64,000 nt of DNA from Eledone cirrhosa (GCA_964016885.1 OZ024740.1:168764001-168828000), one strand, 5' to 3'. Shown: positions 28,276-40,122, counted from the stretch's first letter. The notes: a model not told the origin generated them from the letters alone. A program made the numbers and translations.

Positions 28276-28902
28276 ATATTATATATATATGTAAATATGA
28301 TAATAATAGAGCTGCGGCGTTGCAAATGGGTTACATATGAAAAAGTTTGTCCTTCATCAGTGGTCTTCCAACCGTCCTAGGCATTTCATCGCTTTAAAGA
28401 CCATATACCTCAGGTTGGTGTGAGCAACGGCTAAAAAAAGTCGTTAGGACACGTAAATAAAGGGGACGCTAGGGTAAATAAACAAAATATATATATATAT
28501 ATGTATCTATTTAAAATCAAAATTTGTTTTTGCTCTAACATGGCAGATACATAAATGCATTCATGAGTGAATAATAATAATATTATAATATTATTATTAA
28601 TATTCAGTTCGTTATTATTCACTCAGGAATGCATATAACTATTTGACTAAAACAACAGAAGGCCAGACTGGAAATATCCCTTTAAAGTTTTAATGTTGCA
28701 AAATACCCTATATATATTTTTCAATGGCCTGGTTACATAAGACCCTAGTGACATCATCAGGTGTGGATTGTATAATTAGTTAATCAATAAAAGGAATTAA
28801 GGCAAACTCAAATAGAGAATATATTTGGTTCAGAGATGGCCTGTAAATTTGGTGTTACTGTTGTGGCAGACCATCTCCACACACATATATATATCTCCAC
28901 AT

Positions 28903-28954
<52 letters not shown>

Positions 28955-28967
28955 CATATACATACAC

Positions 28968-29513
28968 AGAGAGACTGATGAATGTTGAGAACGAATGGGA
29001 GAGAGAGAATCTATTCTCAGTAGACCCGACAGAGGGACCAGCTTTTGAGATTGACGACTATAGGGTCAAAGAGGCAGTTAAGGAAATGAAAAGTGGTAAG
29101 GCCACTGGACCATCGGGGATAGTTGCTGAGATGCTGAAGGCATCAGGAAAAGTAGGAACTAAACGGGTTGCACGCATCGTCAATCAAGCTATATATGGTG
29201 GAGTCATACCCAAAGACTGGTGCAGCAGTATTCTTATAAATTGCTACAAAGGTAAAAGGGATGCTCTGGCGGGACCTAAAACTAATGGATCAGGTTATGA
29301 AAGTGCAGAAAGAATACTAGCACAACTAATTAGAGAAAGGGTCAAATTAGATGAGATGCAGTTTGGTTTTGTGCCTGGGAAAAGTACAACTATAAGAGAG
29401 GTTCTAGAGAAGAATAAGCCACTATACTTAGCTTTTGTTGACCTAGAGAAGGCCTTTGATAAGGAACCACGATCTATCATCTGGTGGTCCCTAAGGAAAC
29501 TAGGTGTAGAGTA
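28968..29513 (+). mobile_element. Internal RTE ORF2 fragment flanked by TA-rich tracts
   Basis: MKSGKATGPSGIVAEMLK, MQFGFVPGKST, LAFVDLEKAFD; no 3' end present. Confidence 0.88.
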
Positions 29514-31385
29514 AATATATATATATATATACTACTGATGCATGTTGAACTACTAAAGTGCAGCGCATACACAAATATCACTGCTTGCTTAAATAGTGTC
29601 AGCATGGATGTGTATGCAAAGACAGACAGATGCATGCACTCAGATGCATGCACACACAGACACATACACATACTGGATAGGCTTCCACTCAGTTTTCATC
29701 TGCCAAATCAACTAACTAGAGATTAGTTGGCCTGATACTATAGAAGGAGACACTTGCCTAAGGTGTCACACTGTGGAATAAAAACCCCAAACCCTGTGGC
29801 TGTGAAGTGAACTTCTTTACCACACAGCCATACCTGCACCCATGCTTTGTTGCCATAATGATAGCCTCAGTAGTTATCTCTTTCAAACAGATTTTAAAAC
29901 TCAATATATTCATATTCATAATACATATGAAACTCTATTTCCTCTCAGGGGAAGCAGAACAATAAAAAAAAAAAGAATGTCATTATACTATGATATAAAA
30001 TTTATTTATTAATAATATAGCAAGGCCTGACATGTTTAGATAGTTCATCCTTTTGTTTTCTCTGTTGGCTATTGTTAATATAGCTGCATTATGTTTCAGT
30101 TTTGTTGTTGTGTATGTTATTGTTTATCTGCTGCTATAAGTCTCTGTATGAAATTATTATTAAATCTCCAGCACTCTAATACAGTAAGCAAGTGGCCGAT
30201 AATAGGATAATCTGTAATTGGCTCTGTCATCTTTTGATCAATATTTAGTATGACCAAACCCAGTTTAAGAAACACAACATATTGTGTCTACTTTTGAAGT
30301 TGGGCTCATCATTGGTCTTTATATTTTTGCCCAGCTACAATTTTTTTTTTTTTTTTTTGGTACTACATCTTTCTTTTTTCACAATCTGTGTAATGCAATG
30401 TGTGCTTAGTATAACGGTATAGCATCACTGCTTTGGACAGCTTTATTCTGATGCTGTATTCAATTGTTTTTTTTTTTTTCATCATTATAAAAGCCAAGAC
30501 CTAGCTAAAGTGAAGACAGGCAGCAATTGTGTAAATATAGTCCTGGCTGATTTGTAGTAAACAGAGAGATTTTGCGTGTGTATCAATCAACCTCTATTTA
30601 ACAGAAGAAAGGAAAAAAATGATGAGAGAAATTTAATTATTGCAGCTGTGGATTAAAAAACAAAAAAAAACAAAGGATGCTAAGATTTGCTGCGAGATGC
30701 TGCTGTTCTAAAAAAGTGAAACCTGTGATTTGGAATAACAAAAAGAAATGCCTACTGACAGTTGCTAGAGCCAGCCTATTTATTTGATACTGTTGCAATT
30801 GATGGTTGGTGTTTATCTGACCATTTTCAACTATAGTCCATGATAATACTGCTTGTTGCTAACTATTTATCTTCAGCGTGCCTGCCTCTTACTCTTTTTC
30901 ACTTCGGAAATACTTTAGTCTCACTTTTTCTTTGTTTATTTACATATTTACTATTTACTATTTGAAGATCACACCACTACCATTTTTTATGTATTGTCTG
31001 AATTCATATTTATAAAATGATTTGTAACAAAACTCTTTCCACACACACACACTTACACATACATAAATACACAAACATACAATTTATCTCTATTACTCTG
31101 TCTTTCTTTCTGCTTTATCCCTCCTCTCTTATTTGTTACTATAATTTCTAATTAAAACACACCATTTAAATTGTAGCATACACCTAGTGTCATAGACTTA
31201 CCTACACCATGTGTCTCCATCTCTATAACCAAGTACTATGAAGTTGAGTTGATTTATATACAGTTGATTGGTTTATTGTTACGAGCTGGAGATACAGAGT
31301 TTACTATTACAGCTGGCTTTCCAGTGTATTCAATCCATTAACAACAGCTTGCTGATCAGGTTGAGGATAAATTACACTGCTATAG

Positions 31386-31496
31386 CAACAGTTAACTTCC
31401 TGGTGGAGTATGTATGAGCTCCTAAGTCTTGCTCGGCTTGTGATAACTAGCATGTTGTTAACAAAACATGAAGCTGCTTTAGAACGTGCAGAAAAG
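31386..31496 (+). CDS. Candidate alternative first exon or cassette exon of the host gene
   Basis: Open frame (QQLTSWWS)MYELLSLARLVITSMLLTKHEAALERAEK ends in a strong phase-0 donor AAG|gtgagc. ATG at 31410; possible acceptor ctatag| at 31385. Lies in ~1.5 kb of non-repetitive sequence. Confidence 0.5.
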
Positions 31497-32198
31497 GTGA
31501 GCTGAAAACTCTATCAGCAATATATAAATCTATCTATCTATCTATCTATCTATCTAAGCACACACACACACATATATATACACATACTCAATATATATAT
31601 ATATACATACTCAATACAACTAAAAACACACACGCACACATACAATCAACTGTCTCTCAATCTATCTATGTGCACCTATTGTATACATTCTGGGATAATA
31701 CATATCAAGAATGGTTTTTACATACAGTGGCCATAATAACAACAAAAAGGTTTGCTATTTTTATATTTCTTTTCTATCTTCTGTATCAGTAAGCTGCACT
31801 ATTTGTTTTATTGACATATTAATACCTGTTTGTATAGAATTTCTTTGTATGTTTGCGATGTCTGTGATGGGTTTTGTCTCCTTATACCTCACCACGTGTT
31901 TTGTATGAGTCTGTGATTATAAATCTCTCCCTCACTCCCTCCCTCATCCTTTCTGGCTCCTCTTTATCTCTCCAGTAATGCACATCCTCGAGTGTATGTG
32001 TGCATGGCTATAATATATCAATGCCTGTAAGTAGATGTTAATTCTTGTGTGTTTATGATAGCAGTGTGTAAGTTAATCCAGTGTGTATCTATGTGTCTGT
32101 GTGCTCAACTGTCTGATTGTGTCTACATGAATGTGCATAGAATATTTTTGCAGGCATTTTGTTACTATATGTGTGCATGTTTAATAATGTATGTATGA

Positions 32199-32240
<42 letters not shown>

Positions 32241-32242
<2 letters not shown>

Positions 32243-32439
32243 CGGAGGAGATGTGGTAAGGAACCAGGTGGACCATAACGCACCAAAGTACTCAATACTT
32301 AGGGTAGTAGAGTGGGTAATAGGAACGAGTAGGACCCCGACGGCTGAGCTTAAGCCGTTTCGACGGCTAATTCTTGACTGTCCAGAATTAGCCGTCGAAA
32401 CGGCTTGAGCTCAGCCGTCAGGGTCCTACTCGTTCCTAT
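32241..32439 (-). mobile_element. Fold-back element in (TA)n with partial hammerhead
   Basis: Palindrome 32319-32439 plus ~78-bp tail; GAAACGGC..GCCGTC stem III with GUC; sibling at 37247-37362. Confidence 0.8.
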
Positions 32440-32456
32440 ATATATATATATATATA

Positions 32457-32564
32457 TAATAATGAAATTATTGTGTATAGTGCTCAGGTGCACTACAACT
32501 CATCAAAGGTGCACGTATAGTATTTAGAATAATGTACAAATGTCAGGAAAGTGAAAAGTGTATG

Positions 32565-32566
<2 letters not shown>
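32457..32566 (-). mobile_element. CR1 3'UTR fragment
   Basis: aatgaaattattgtgtatagtgctcaggtgcactacaac matches the CR1 tail. Confidence 0.8.
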
Positions 32567-32618
<52 letters not shown>

Positions 32619-32810
32619 ATGCATATGCAATTATTATATTATTGCTATGTGTCCACATGTGCAATTAAAAAATGTATGAATGTATGTATGATTAACAATG
32701 TGTATAAAGATGTGATTGAGTGTTAGCTATGCATGTGTGTATATTGTTTATGTGTACATCTGTATGTATCCTTATGATTGTAAGTGTCCAGCACTATGAT
32801 TACTTCTAGA

Positions 32811-32841
<31 letters not shown>

Positions 32842-33100
32842 GTTATTAGAATTTATGTGTGCAATTTAAAGCATTTATGCATATGTATGAGAATATATAT
32901 ATATATATATGTGTGTCTGCCAGAGAGGGTGTGTGTTGTGTGTGTGGATTTATATAGGGGTGTATGGGCATACTATATGTTTGTATATACTTTAAATATA
33001 TATATGTGTGTATATATATAGTTTTACCTGGTATCCAGGTAAAACTTGAACCGTTAAGGTCTCATTCCTGGATATGTCAATATTTATAAAACAAGCTCTG

Positions 33101-33161
33101 TATTTTATCTGATGAGAGCGTACCAAAGTTTTGGTACCCTTGAAATATATATAATAGAATA
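33101..33161 (+). ncRNA. Type-I hammerhead ribozyme (predicted)
   Basis: TATTTTAT-CTGATGA-GAGcGTACCAA(AGTT)TTGGTACcCTT-GAA-ATATATAT-A-ATAGAATA: 8-bp stem I, long stem II, palindromic stem III. Confidence 0.7.
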
Positions 33162-33385
33162 AATATGGTTTAATAAATATAGTTTCCATTTATTAATATC
33201 ATTGATATTATACTCCAGAAAATCTGTTGAGTGCTTCGAATCTGTTATAAATATATATATATTTGTTGAATTACCAACAAATTATATATCCCTTTGTTTA
33301 TATACACACACATATATATATATGTGTTTGTATATACACACACACATATATATATATGTATATATATATATGTGTGTGTGTGTTA

Positions 33386-33660
33386 AGTATTTCCGAAGAA
33401 AAAGCAAAGGAAAAAGGAGTGCTCTATGTATAATACAGAACTATTTAATTAGAAAGTAAACAACACAATATAACTACTCCATTACCAAAGGTTTCAGGAT
33501 CCTAGACAATATTAACATATGTCTAGTTCGCTCATCAGATGAAAAATACAACCTTTTTTTTCATCTGATGAGCAAACTAGACGTATGTTAATATTGTCTA
33601 GGATCCTGAAACCTTTGGTATGGGAGTAGTTATATTGTGTTGTTGACTTTCTAATTAAAT
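33386..33660. mobile_element. Fold-back element in TA-rich tract with a hammerhead in each arm
   Basis: Arms 33443-33546 and 33557-33660; tail 33386-33442; relatives at ~60971-61098 and 61116-61358. Confidence 0.82.
33477..33544 (-). ncRNA. Hammerhead ribozyme (predicted, weak stem II base)
   Basis: TTTCAT-CTGATGA-..CTAGACA..TGTCTAG..-GAA-ACC(TTT)GGT-A-ATGGAG; mirror copy on + at 33559-33626. Confidence 0.6.
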
Positions 33661-33776
33661 ATATATATATATATGTATATAAATGTACTCAAATAGGACA
33701 ACTCGTTTAACCCATGCTAGTGTGGAAAATGGATGTTAAACAATGTTGATGATGATGATATATATATATATATATA

Positions 33777-33980
33777 TTAGAAAGTGAGGTTTTTTTTACA
33801 AAATGAAAATTAACCGAGGTGTCCTACACGAGTGAAAGTAGAAAGAAAAAAAGATGAAATCGAAAATGCAACTGGAGTCTTATTTAAAAAAATATATATA
33901 TTTATTTGGTTCCTTTACCGGTTTCGCAGTTCTTCTGCTTTTCAAAAGAAGAGTTGAGATGGAGGGTCTGTGGTTTTTCT
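33777..33980 (-). mobile_element. Single-arm copy of the 37401-37740 hammerhead element
   Basis: High identity to the reverse complement of 37543-37740; hammerhead at 33912-33949 (-). Confidence 0.82.
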
Positions 33981-34080
33981 CACATCTATATATATAAAAA
34001 TGAATGTATGTTTGTTTGTTTGTCCAAAGAAACAATCTATATATATAAAAATGAATGTATGTTTGTTTGTTTGTCCAAAG

Positions 34081-34437
34081 ATATAAACGGAGAAAGAGAA
34101 ATCAACGTATATTCAAACAGAGAGTGAAAGAGCGAGTAGTCTGGCTGCTTTGAACCACTCCCTATATTAGACTGTCTCTAAAGTTATAAACGGAGAAAGA
34201 GAAATCAACGTATAGACAAAGAGAGAGTGAAAGAGCAACGTATAGACAAAGAGTGAGTGCTATAAACGGAGAAAGAGAAATCAACGTATAGACAAAGAGT
34301 GAGTGAAAGAGCGAGTGTGAAATTTTTTTAATTAAAGATAATTTCAATAGAATTAGTATTCTCTCTTTAATTTAATATAATTTCAATAGAATTAGTAAAT
34401 TCTCTCTTTAATTTAATATAATTTCAATAGAATTAGT
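34081..34437 (+). repeat. Minisatellites inside the Helitron
   Basis: tataaacggagaaagagaaatcaacgtat x3; ataatttcaatagaattagta x3 at ~41-bp spacing. Confidence 0.85.
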
Positions 34438-34559
34438 ATAGTGTCTGTTTCACATTACTTCCCTTCCACTCCCATTACAGGGAATTCTTTTTCAGCTAGC
34501 CCTTAACTAAGTGCTGTAATTTGATATCTTCATTTCGTCTGTCCTTATTTTCCTGACCT

Positions 34560-36433
34560 GGACACATACGTGGACCGACATCATTCCAAGAATTGAGAAC
34601 AGTAAACGGTCAAGTATGTGCCACTTATCGTGAAGCTTGCCAAGAATTAAATCTTCTTGAAAATGATGGACATTGGGACACTTCACTCGCTGATGCATCG
34701 AATACTGCTCGACCAAAGCAAATACGCACATTATTCTCAATAATATTGACAACGTGCTTCCCATCAAATCCAAAAGATCTTTGGGAAAAATATAAAGACT
34801 ACATGAGTGAAGACATCCTACATCGTTTGCGTGCAACAAATCAAAATATGAATATTCAATTCACACAAAATGTGTATAATGAAGCATTGGTTTCCATTGA
34901 GGTCATATGTTTAGCAATCGCTAACAAAACATTGGTACAATTGGGAATGCCTGCGCCGAATCGATCTGTAAACGACATTTTCGATCGTGATTTGCAACGA
35001 GAAACAAACTTTGATGTCGCCGAATTGGGTACATTTGTTCAAACGAATCTTCCCAAATTGCTACCAGAATAACGCATAGTATATGACCAAATTATGCAGG
35101 CAATTATAAGTCAAAGCAGCACATTGTATTTTATAGATGCGCCAGGTGGTATAGGCAAAACTTTTCTCATTTCACTTATTTTGGCAACTAGACGATCAGA
35201 AAATAATATTGCACTGGCAATCACATCATCTGGAATTGCGGCAACTCTTTTTGATGGTGGCTGAACAGCACATTCAGCCCTGAAATTGCCATTGAATATG
35301 CAAATCGCTGAGACATCAACATGCAATATTACCAAACATTCTGGTATAGGTAAAGTACTCCAATCATGTAAAATCATTATATGGGACGAATGTACTATGG
35401 CGCACAAAAAATCATTGGAAGCGCTTAATAATACAATAATACGCTAAAAGATTTGAAAGGAAATGAACACCTCTTCGGTGGCACACTCATTTTATTGTCT
35501 GGTGATTTTCGACAAACTCTACCAGTTATACCGCGATCAACACCCGCTGATGAGCTTAATGCATGTCTCAAATCATCAGTTTTATGGCGATACGTACAGA
35601 AATTAACTTTAAAAAACAATATGCGTGTACAACTACAAAATGACGCATCCGCTGAACGTTTCACAAAACAATTGCTGGATATTGGGAATGGGAAAATGGT
35701 AATCGATGATTCCACAAAATGTATCACATTGCCAACAAACTTCTGTAGAATCACGGCAACCAGAGACGAACTGATTCACAAAGTGTTCCCAAATATTGCG
35801 CAGCATTACAAAAATCATCAGTGGCTCAGTGTACGTGCTATATTAGCAGACAAAAACACCGATGTCAATGCCATTAATTTCAGCATTGAAAACGAAATAC
35901 CAGGCGAAGAGACAACGTATAAGTCCATCGATACTGTAATGAATCAAGACGAAATTATCAATTATCCAATTGAATTCTTGAATTCACTTGATTTGCCAGG
36001 CATGCCACCGCACATTTTAACATTGAAAATTGGCGTGCCTATCATCCTTCTCCGAAACATCAATCCACCACAACTTTGCAACGGTACCAGACTTTCAGTG
36101 AAAAAGACGATGAACAATATCATCGAGGCTACAATTTTAAATGGAAAATTTAAAGGAGAAGATGTACTCTTGCCACGCATCCCAATAATTCCAACAGATA
36201 CGCCATTCGATTTCAAACGTTTGCAGTTTCCGGTGCGACTCGCCTTTGCAATGACTATCAACAAAGCACAAGGACAATCGCTACAAGTGTGTGGACTAAA
36301 TTTAGAAAATCCATGCTTCTCACATGGACAGCTGTATGTGGCTTGCTCACGCGTCGGTAAACCTTCTGATTTATTCGTGTACGCACCAGAAGGAAAAACA
36401 AAAAACATTGTGTATCCAAAAGCACTTCAGTAA
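34560..36433 (+). pseudogene. Helitron RepHel C-terminal PIF1-family helicase, disrupted
   Basis: DAPGGIGKT (Walker A), IIWDE, GDFRQTLPV, LNSLDLPGMPPH, QFPVRLAFAMTINKAQGQS, HGQLYVACSRV; stops near 35070 and 35262, frameshift near 35430. Confidence 0.92.
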
Positions 36434-36727
36434 AACAAATTAAATGTTCTTATAACGAATTTTCTTTAAATTCGTCAGTCATTCAGTCATTTAAAGATAA
36501 ATGTTAAAATCTAAAAAATAGAAACTAAATTACAGAAGTTTTTAAATAACGATTAAAATGTTAATATTATTCTTTTCTAAATAAGCTTTTTAACACTGAG
36601 CGAAGCCGGGTAGCTCCGCTAGTATATTTATATATGAAACTGGCCCACGAACATGTATGTGTGTGGTTGAAGAATGAAAACATATTAAACAAGGTTTAGG
36701 TTAATGAAATGAATATATATGTGTGTG

Positions 36728-36826
<99 letters not shown>

Positions 36827-36851
36827 TTATATATATATATATGTGTGTGTT

Positions 36852-36894
<43 letters not shown>

Positions 36895-37214
36895 CTATAT
36901 ACACACATGCACACACACATATTTATATATACACACAGACACACATATATATATATATATAAAATATTAAAAAAATAATGAATAAAACAATGAAACAGTT
37001 CCTTATATTAAACAAAAAAAGTTCATTATTTAACGATCGTTTCTAGGATATATATGTGTTAGAATTGGCATGCATATTCAACAGATCTATGTACAAAATT
37101 ATACAAAATTATACAAACTATCATATATATATATGTGTGTGTTTATAAATATAAATATATATATATGTATGTATATATATCTATATACACACATGCACAC
37201 ACATATATATATAT

Positions 37215-37246
<32 letters not shown>

Positions 37247-37247
<1 letters not shown>

Positions 37248-37360
37248 GGAACAAGTAAGACCCCGAGGTCTTACTTATTCCTATTACCCACTCTACTACC
37301 CTAAGTATTGAGTACTTTGGTGCGTTATGGTCCACCTGGTTCCTTACCACATTTCCTTCG

Positions 37361-37362
<2 letters not shown>
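37247..37362 (+). mobile_element. Short fold-back element in (TA)n, sibling of 32241-32439
   Basis: aggaacaagtaagacc-ccga-ggtcttacttattcct hairpin followed by the same tail. Confidence 0.8.
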
Positions 37363-37400
<38 letters not shown>

Positions 37401-37408
<8 letters not shown>

Positions 37409-37732
37409 AAAAAGGGATGAAATCGAAAATGCAACTGAAGTCTTATTTTAAAAAAAAATATATATATTTATTTGGTTCCTTTACCGCTTTCGCAGTTCTT
37501 CTGCTTTTCAAAAGGTGAGTTGAGATGGAGGGTCTGTGGTTTCAGACCCTCCATCTCAACTCACCTTTTGAAAAGCAGAAGAACTGCGAAACCGGTAAAG
37601 GAACCAAATAAATATATATATTTTTAAAAAAAATAAGACTTCAGTTGCATTTTCGATTTCATCCCTTTTTCTTTATACTTCCACTCGTGTAGGACACCTC
37701 AGTTATTTTTCATTTTGTAAAAAAAACCTCAC

Positions 37733-37740
<8 letters not shown>
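37401..37740 (+). mobile_element. Fold-back hammerhead element in (TA)n
   Basis: ~135-bp nearly perfect inverted arms (37401-37677) plus ~63-bp tail; long (TA)n on both sides. Confidence 0.88.
37564..37601 (+). ncRNA. Minimal hammerhead ribozyme, U3-A8 core variant (predicted)
   Basis: CCTT-TTGAAAA-GCAG(AAGAA)CTGC-GAA-ACCGGT-A-AAGG. Confidence 0.72.
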
Positions 37741-37788
<48 letters not shown>

Positions 37789-38179
37789 GTATAAATTACA
37801 CAATAATCAAAGCTATGTTCAAATCATTTTATTGCTGACAATCGTTTATTCCAAACTTTCGTTTGGAATCATCGGAACATTAGCAATGTTTGTACATATA
37901 ATTAAGCTCCTATTCAACTGAACAATCATATAGATACATGGATATTAATGTAGTCAACAACAGTTTCGTATTTACAGAGTGGAATGGATGCAACATAGAT
38001 TACAAAAGAATTGTACATTAATTAAAATGAAAAATGAAAAATTAAATTTCTGCTCTGTAAAACATCTGATGTATTTACATTGAGCTATTTTTCTTACTGG
38101 TAATAAGGTAGTAATGAATTACTGACATTTCCTGTTTATAGTTGTATATGGTGTATACATAACTATAAATATTATTATT

Positions 38180-40122
38180 CATCATCATCACCGTTTTATG
38201 TCCGTTCTTCCACGCTAGCATGGGTTAGATGGGTTGTCCTGTTGTGGGCAGTGTCTGGTCGGCTGACCATGCCTTGCTCATACAGGAACTGATCTGGCTT
38301 GATTTCTACAGCTGGATGCCCTTCCTAACACCAACCTCATTTACAGTGAGTGCTGGGTGCTTTTTCGTGGCGCCTACACGTCCACTTTACAGTGTGGGCT
38401 GGGTGCTTTTTTGCCGTGGCACCTCCACGACCACCTTGCGGTGGGGGCATATTGTCTATATGCTTCAGCTTGTACCCATGGGAGGTCGGGTACTCTGTAT
38501 TACTGCGCGACGCCAGAAGTCACGGTCGTGTGTCATTGCCTTTGAGAGGTGTAATTGGGTAAGGTCGGCTTTTATCACCTCATCCCAGGTCATCTTGGGT
38601 CTCCCCACTCCGCAGTTTCCATCAACTTCTAGTGCTCTGCACCTTTTTATGCAGCTGTCAGCCTTCATACGCATCACATGTCCATACCAGCGCAACCACC
38701 TCTCCTGCACACAGCATTTGATTCCTCTTATGCTCAGTCTCTCTCTCAATTCATTTATGCTTTCTTGTTCACGTATATTACTGTTACACATCCATCGGAG
38801 CATGCAGGCTTCGTTTCTCTCTAATCTACGTAGTCTTCCACCTTCAGCGCCCAGGTCTCACTACCATGCAACATTGCTGTTCGGATACACGCATCATACA
38901 GTCTGCCTTTCATTCTGAGGGAGAAGCCTTTTGCAGCTAGCAGTGGTAGTAGTTCCCTAAACTTCTTCCATCCCGTTCTTACCCTAGTTATTGTACTTTC
39001 TGAACACCCACCTCCGCTGCTAATTCAGTCACCTAGGTAGCAGAAGCTGTCTACTGTTTCTACAGAGCCCTCCCAGAGATTGGTGGTACTTGTTTCCTGT
39101 GGCTGTTTGCTGCTTGCTGTCTCAGCACAGCTGCTGGATGTGAAGCCTACATTCTTAATTAAGCTTCCTGAGATCCCGCTACATCTCTTGTGTACCCATT
39201 GTTTGCATTTGGGGCAGAGAATGGAGTTCCTACCTACACCTTTCCTACATACTGAGCAAGGCCATTTCCCTGAGGGGATCTGGGTTCTGTTTTCTCGTCT
39301 ACTTACAAGGACCTTAGTCTTTGTCATGTTGACTTTGAGACCCTTTCTTTCTAGTCCCTGATTCCAAGTTTGGAATTTATTCTCTAGTTCTACCATAGAT
39401 TCAGCTATGAGTGCGAGGTCATCAACATACAGGAGTTCCCATGGGCATCCGGTCTTAAACTCCTCCGTTATTGCCTGCAGGACTATGATGAACAGGAGGG
39501 GGCTAAGAACAGAGCCCTGGTGGACCCCAACCTGTACGCTAAATTCCTCGCTATACTCATTGCTAATCCTAACTTTGCTGACTGCTCCCCTATACATGGC
39601 TTGTACCGCTTTCACAAGCCATTCATCTACTCCTAGTTTTCTAAGAGCCCACCAGATTACAGCACGTGGAACTCTGTCAAAGGCTTTCTCAAGGTCGACA
39701 AATGCCAAGTAGAGTGGCTTACTTTTAGCTAGGTACTTTTCCTGTAATTGCCTCACAAGGACGAGGGCATCAGTGGTGCCTCTTCCTGGTACAAACCCAA
39801 ATTGCATCTCGTCTATTTTCACCCAGTCCCTAATCAACTGTGCTATAACTCTTTCATGACCTGGTCCATCAACTTTATACCTCTATAGTTTCCTCTATCT
39901 AGTGCATCGCCTTTACCTTTGTAGCAGTTGACAATGATGCTACTGCACCAATCTTTTGGTATGACACCTTCTAGTATTACCTGGTTAACAATACATGTGG
40001 TTATAGTGTGACCTACAGACCCAGATGCCTTCAGCATCTCGGCAGCCTTCCCCATCTTCATATCTTTGATTGCCTTACTTACTACGCTGCTGCTGACTTG
40101 TACTGCTGGCCCCTCTCTCGGG
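38180..40122 (-). mobile_element. 5'-truncated RTE LINE (~1.9 kb)
   Basis: NYRGIKL, QFGFVPGRGT, FVDLEKAFD, GVHQGSVLSP, LLYVDD, PHD-like insert, RWYGHV; 3'UTR and (GAT)n tail. Confidence 0.93.

Larger units (their letters stand above)
33985..36622 (+). mobile_element. Internally deleted Helitron retaining the helicase domain
   Basis: 5' A|TCtatatatataaaaatgaatg (repeated at 34036); 3' gagcgaagccgggtagctccgCTAG|T; PIF1-like helicase inside; no HUH Rep motifs seen. Confidence 0.92.

Noticed and set aside
35453-36433. Host PIF1 helicase gene
   Set aside because: Intronless, disrupted upstream, and enclosed by Helitron TC...CTAG termini.
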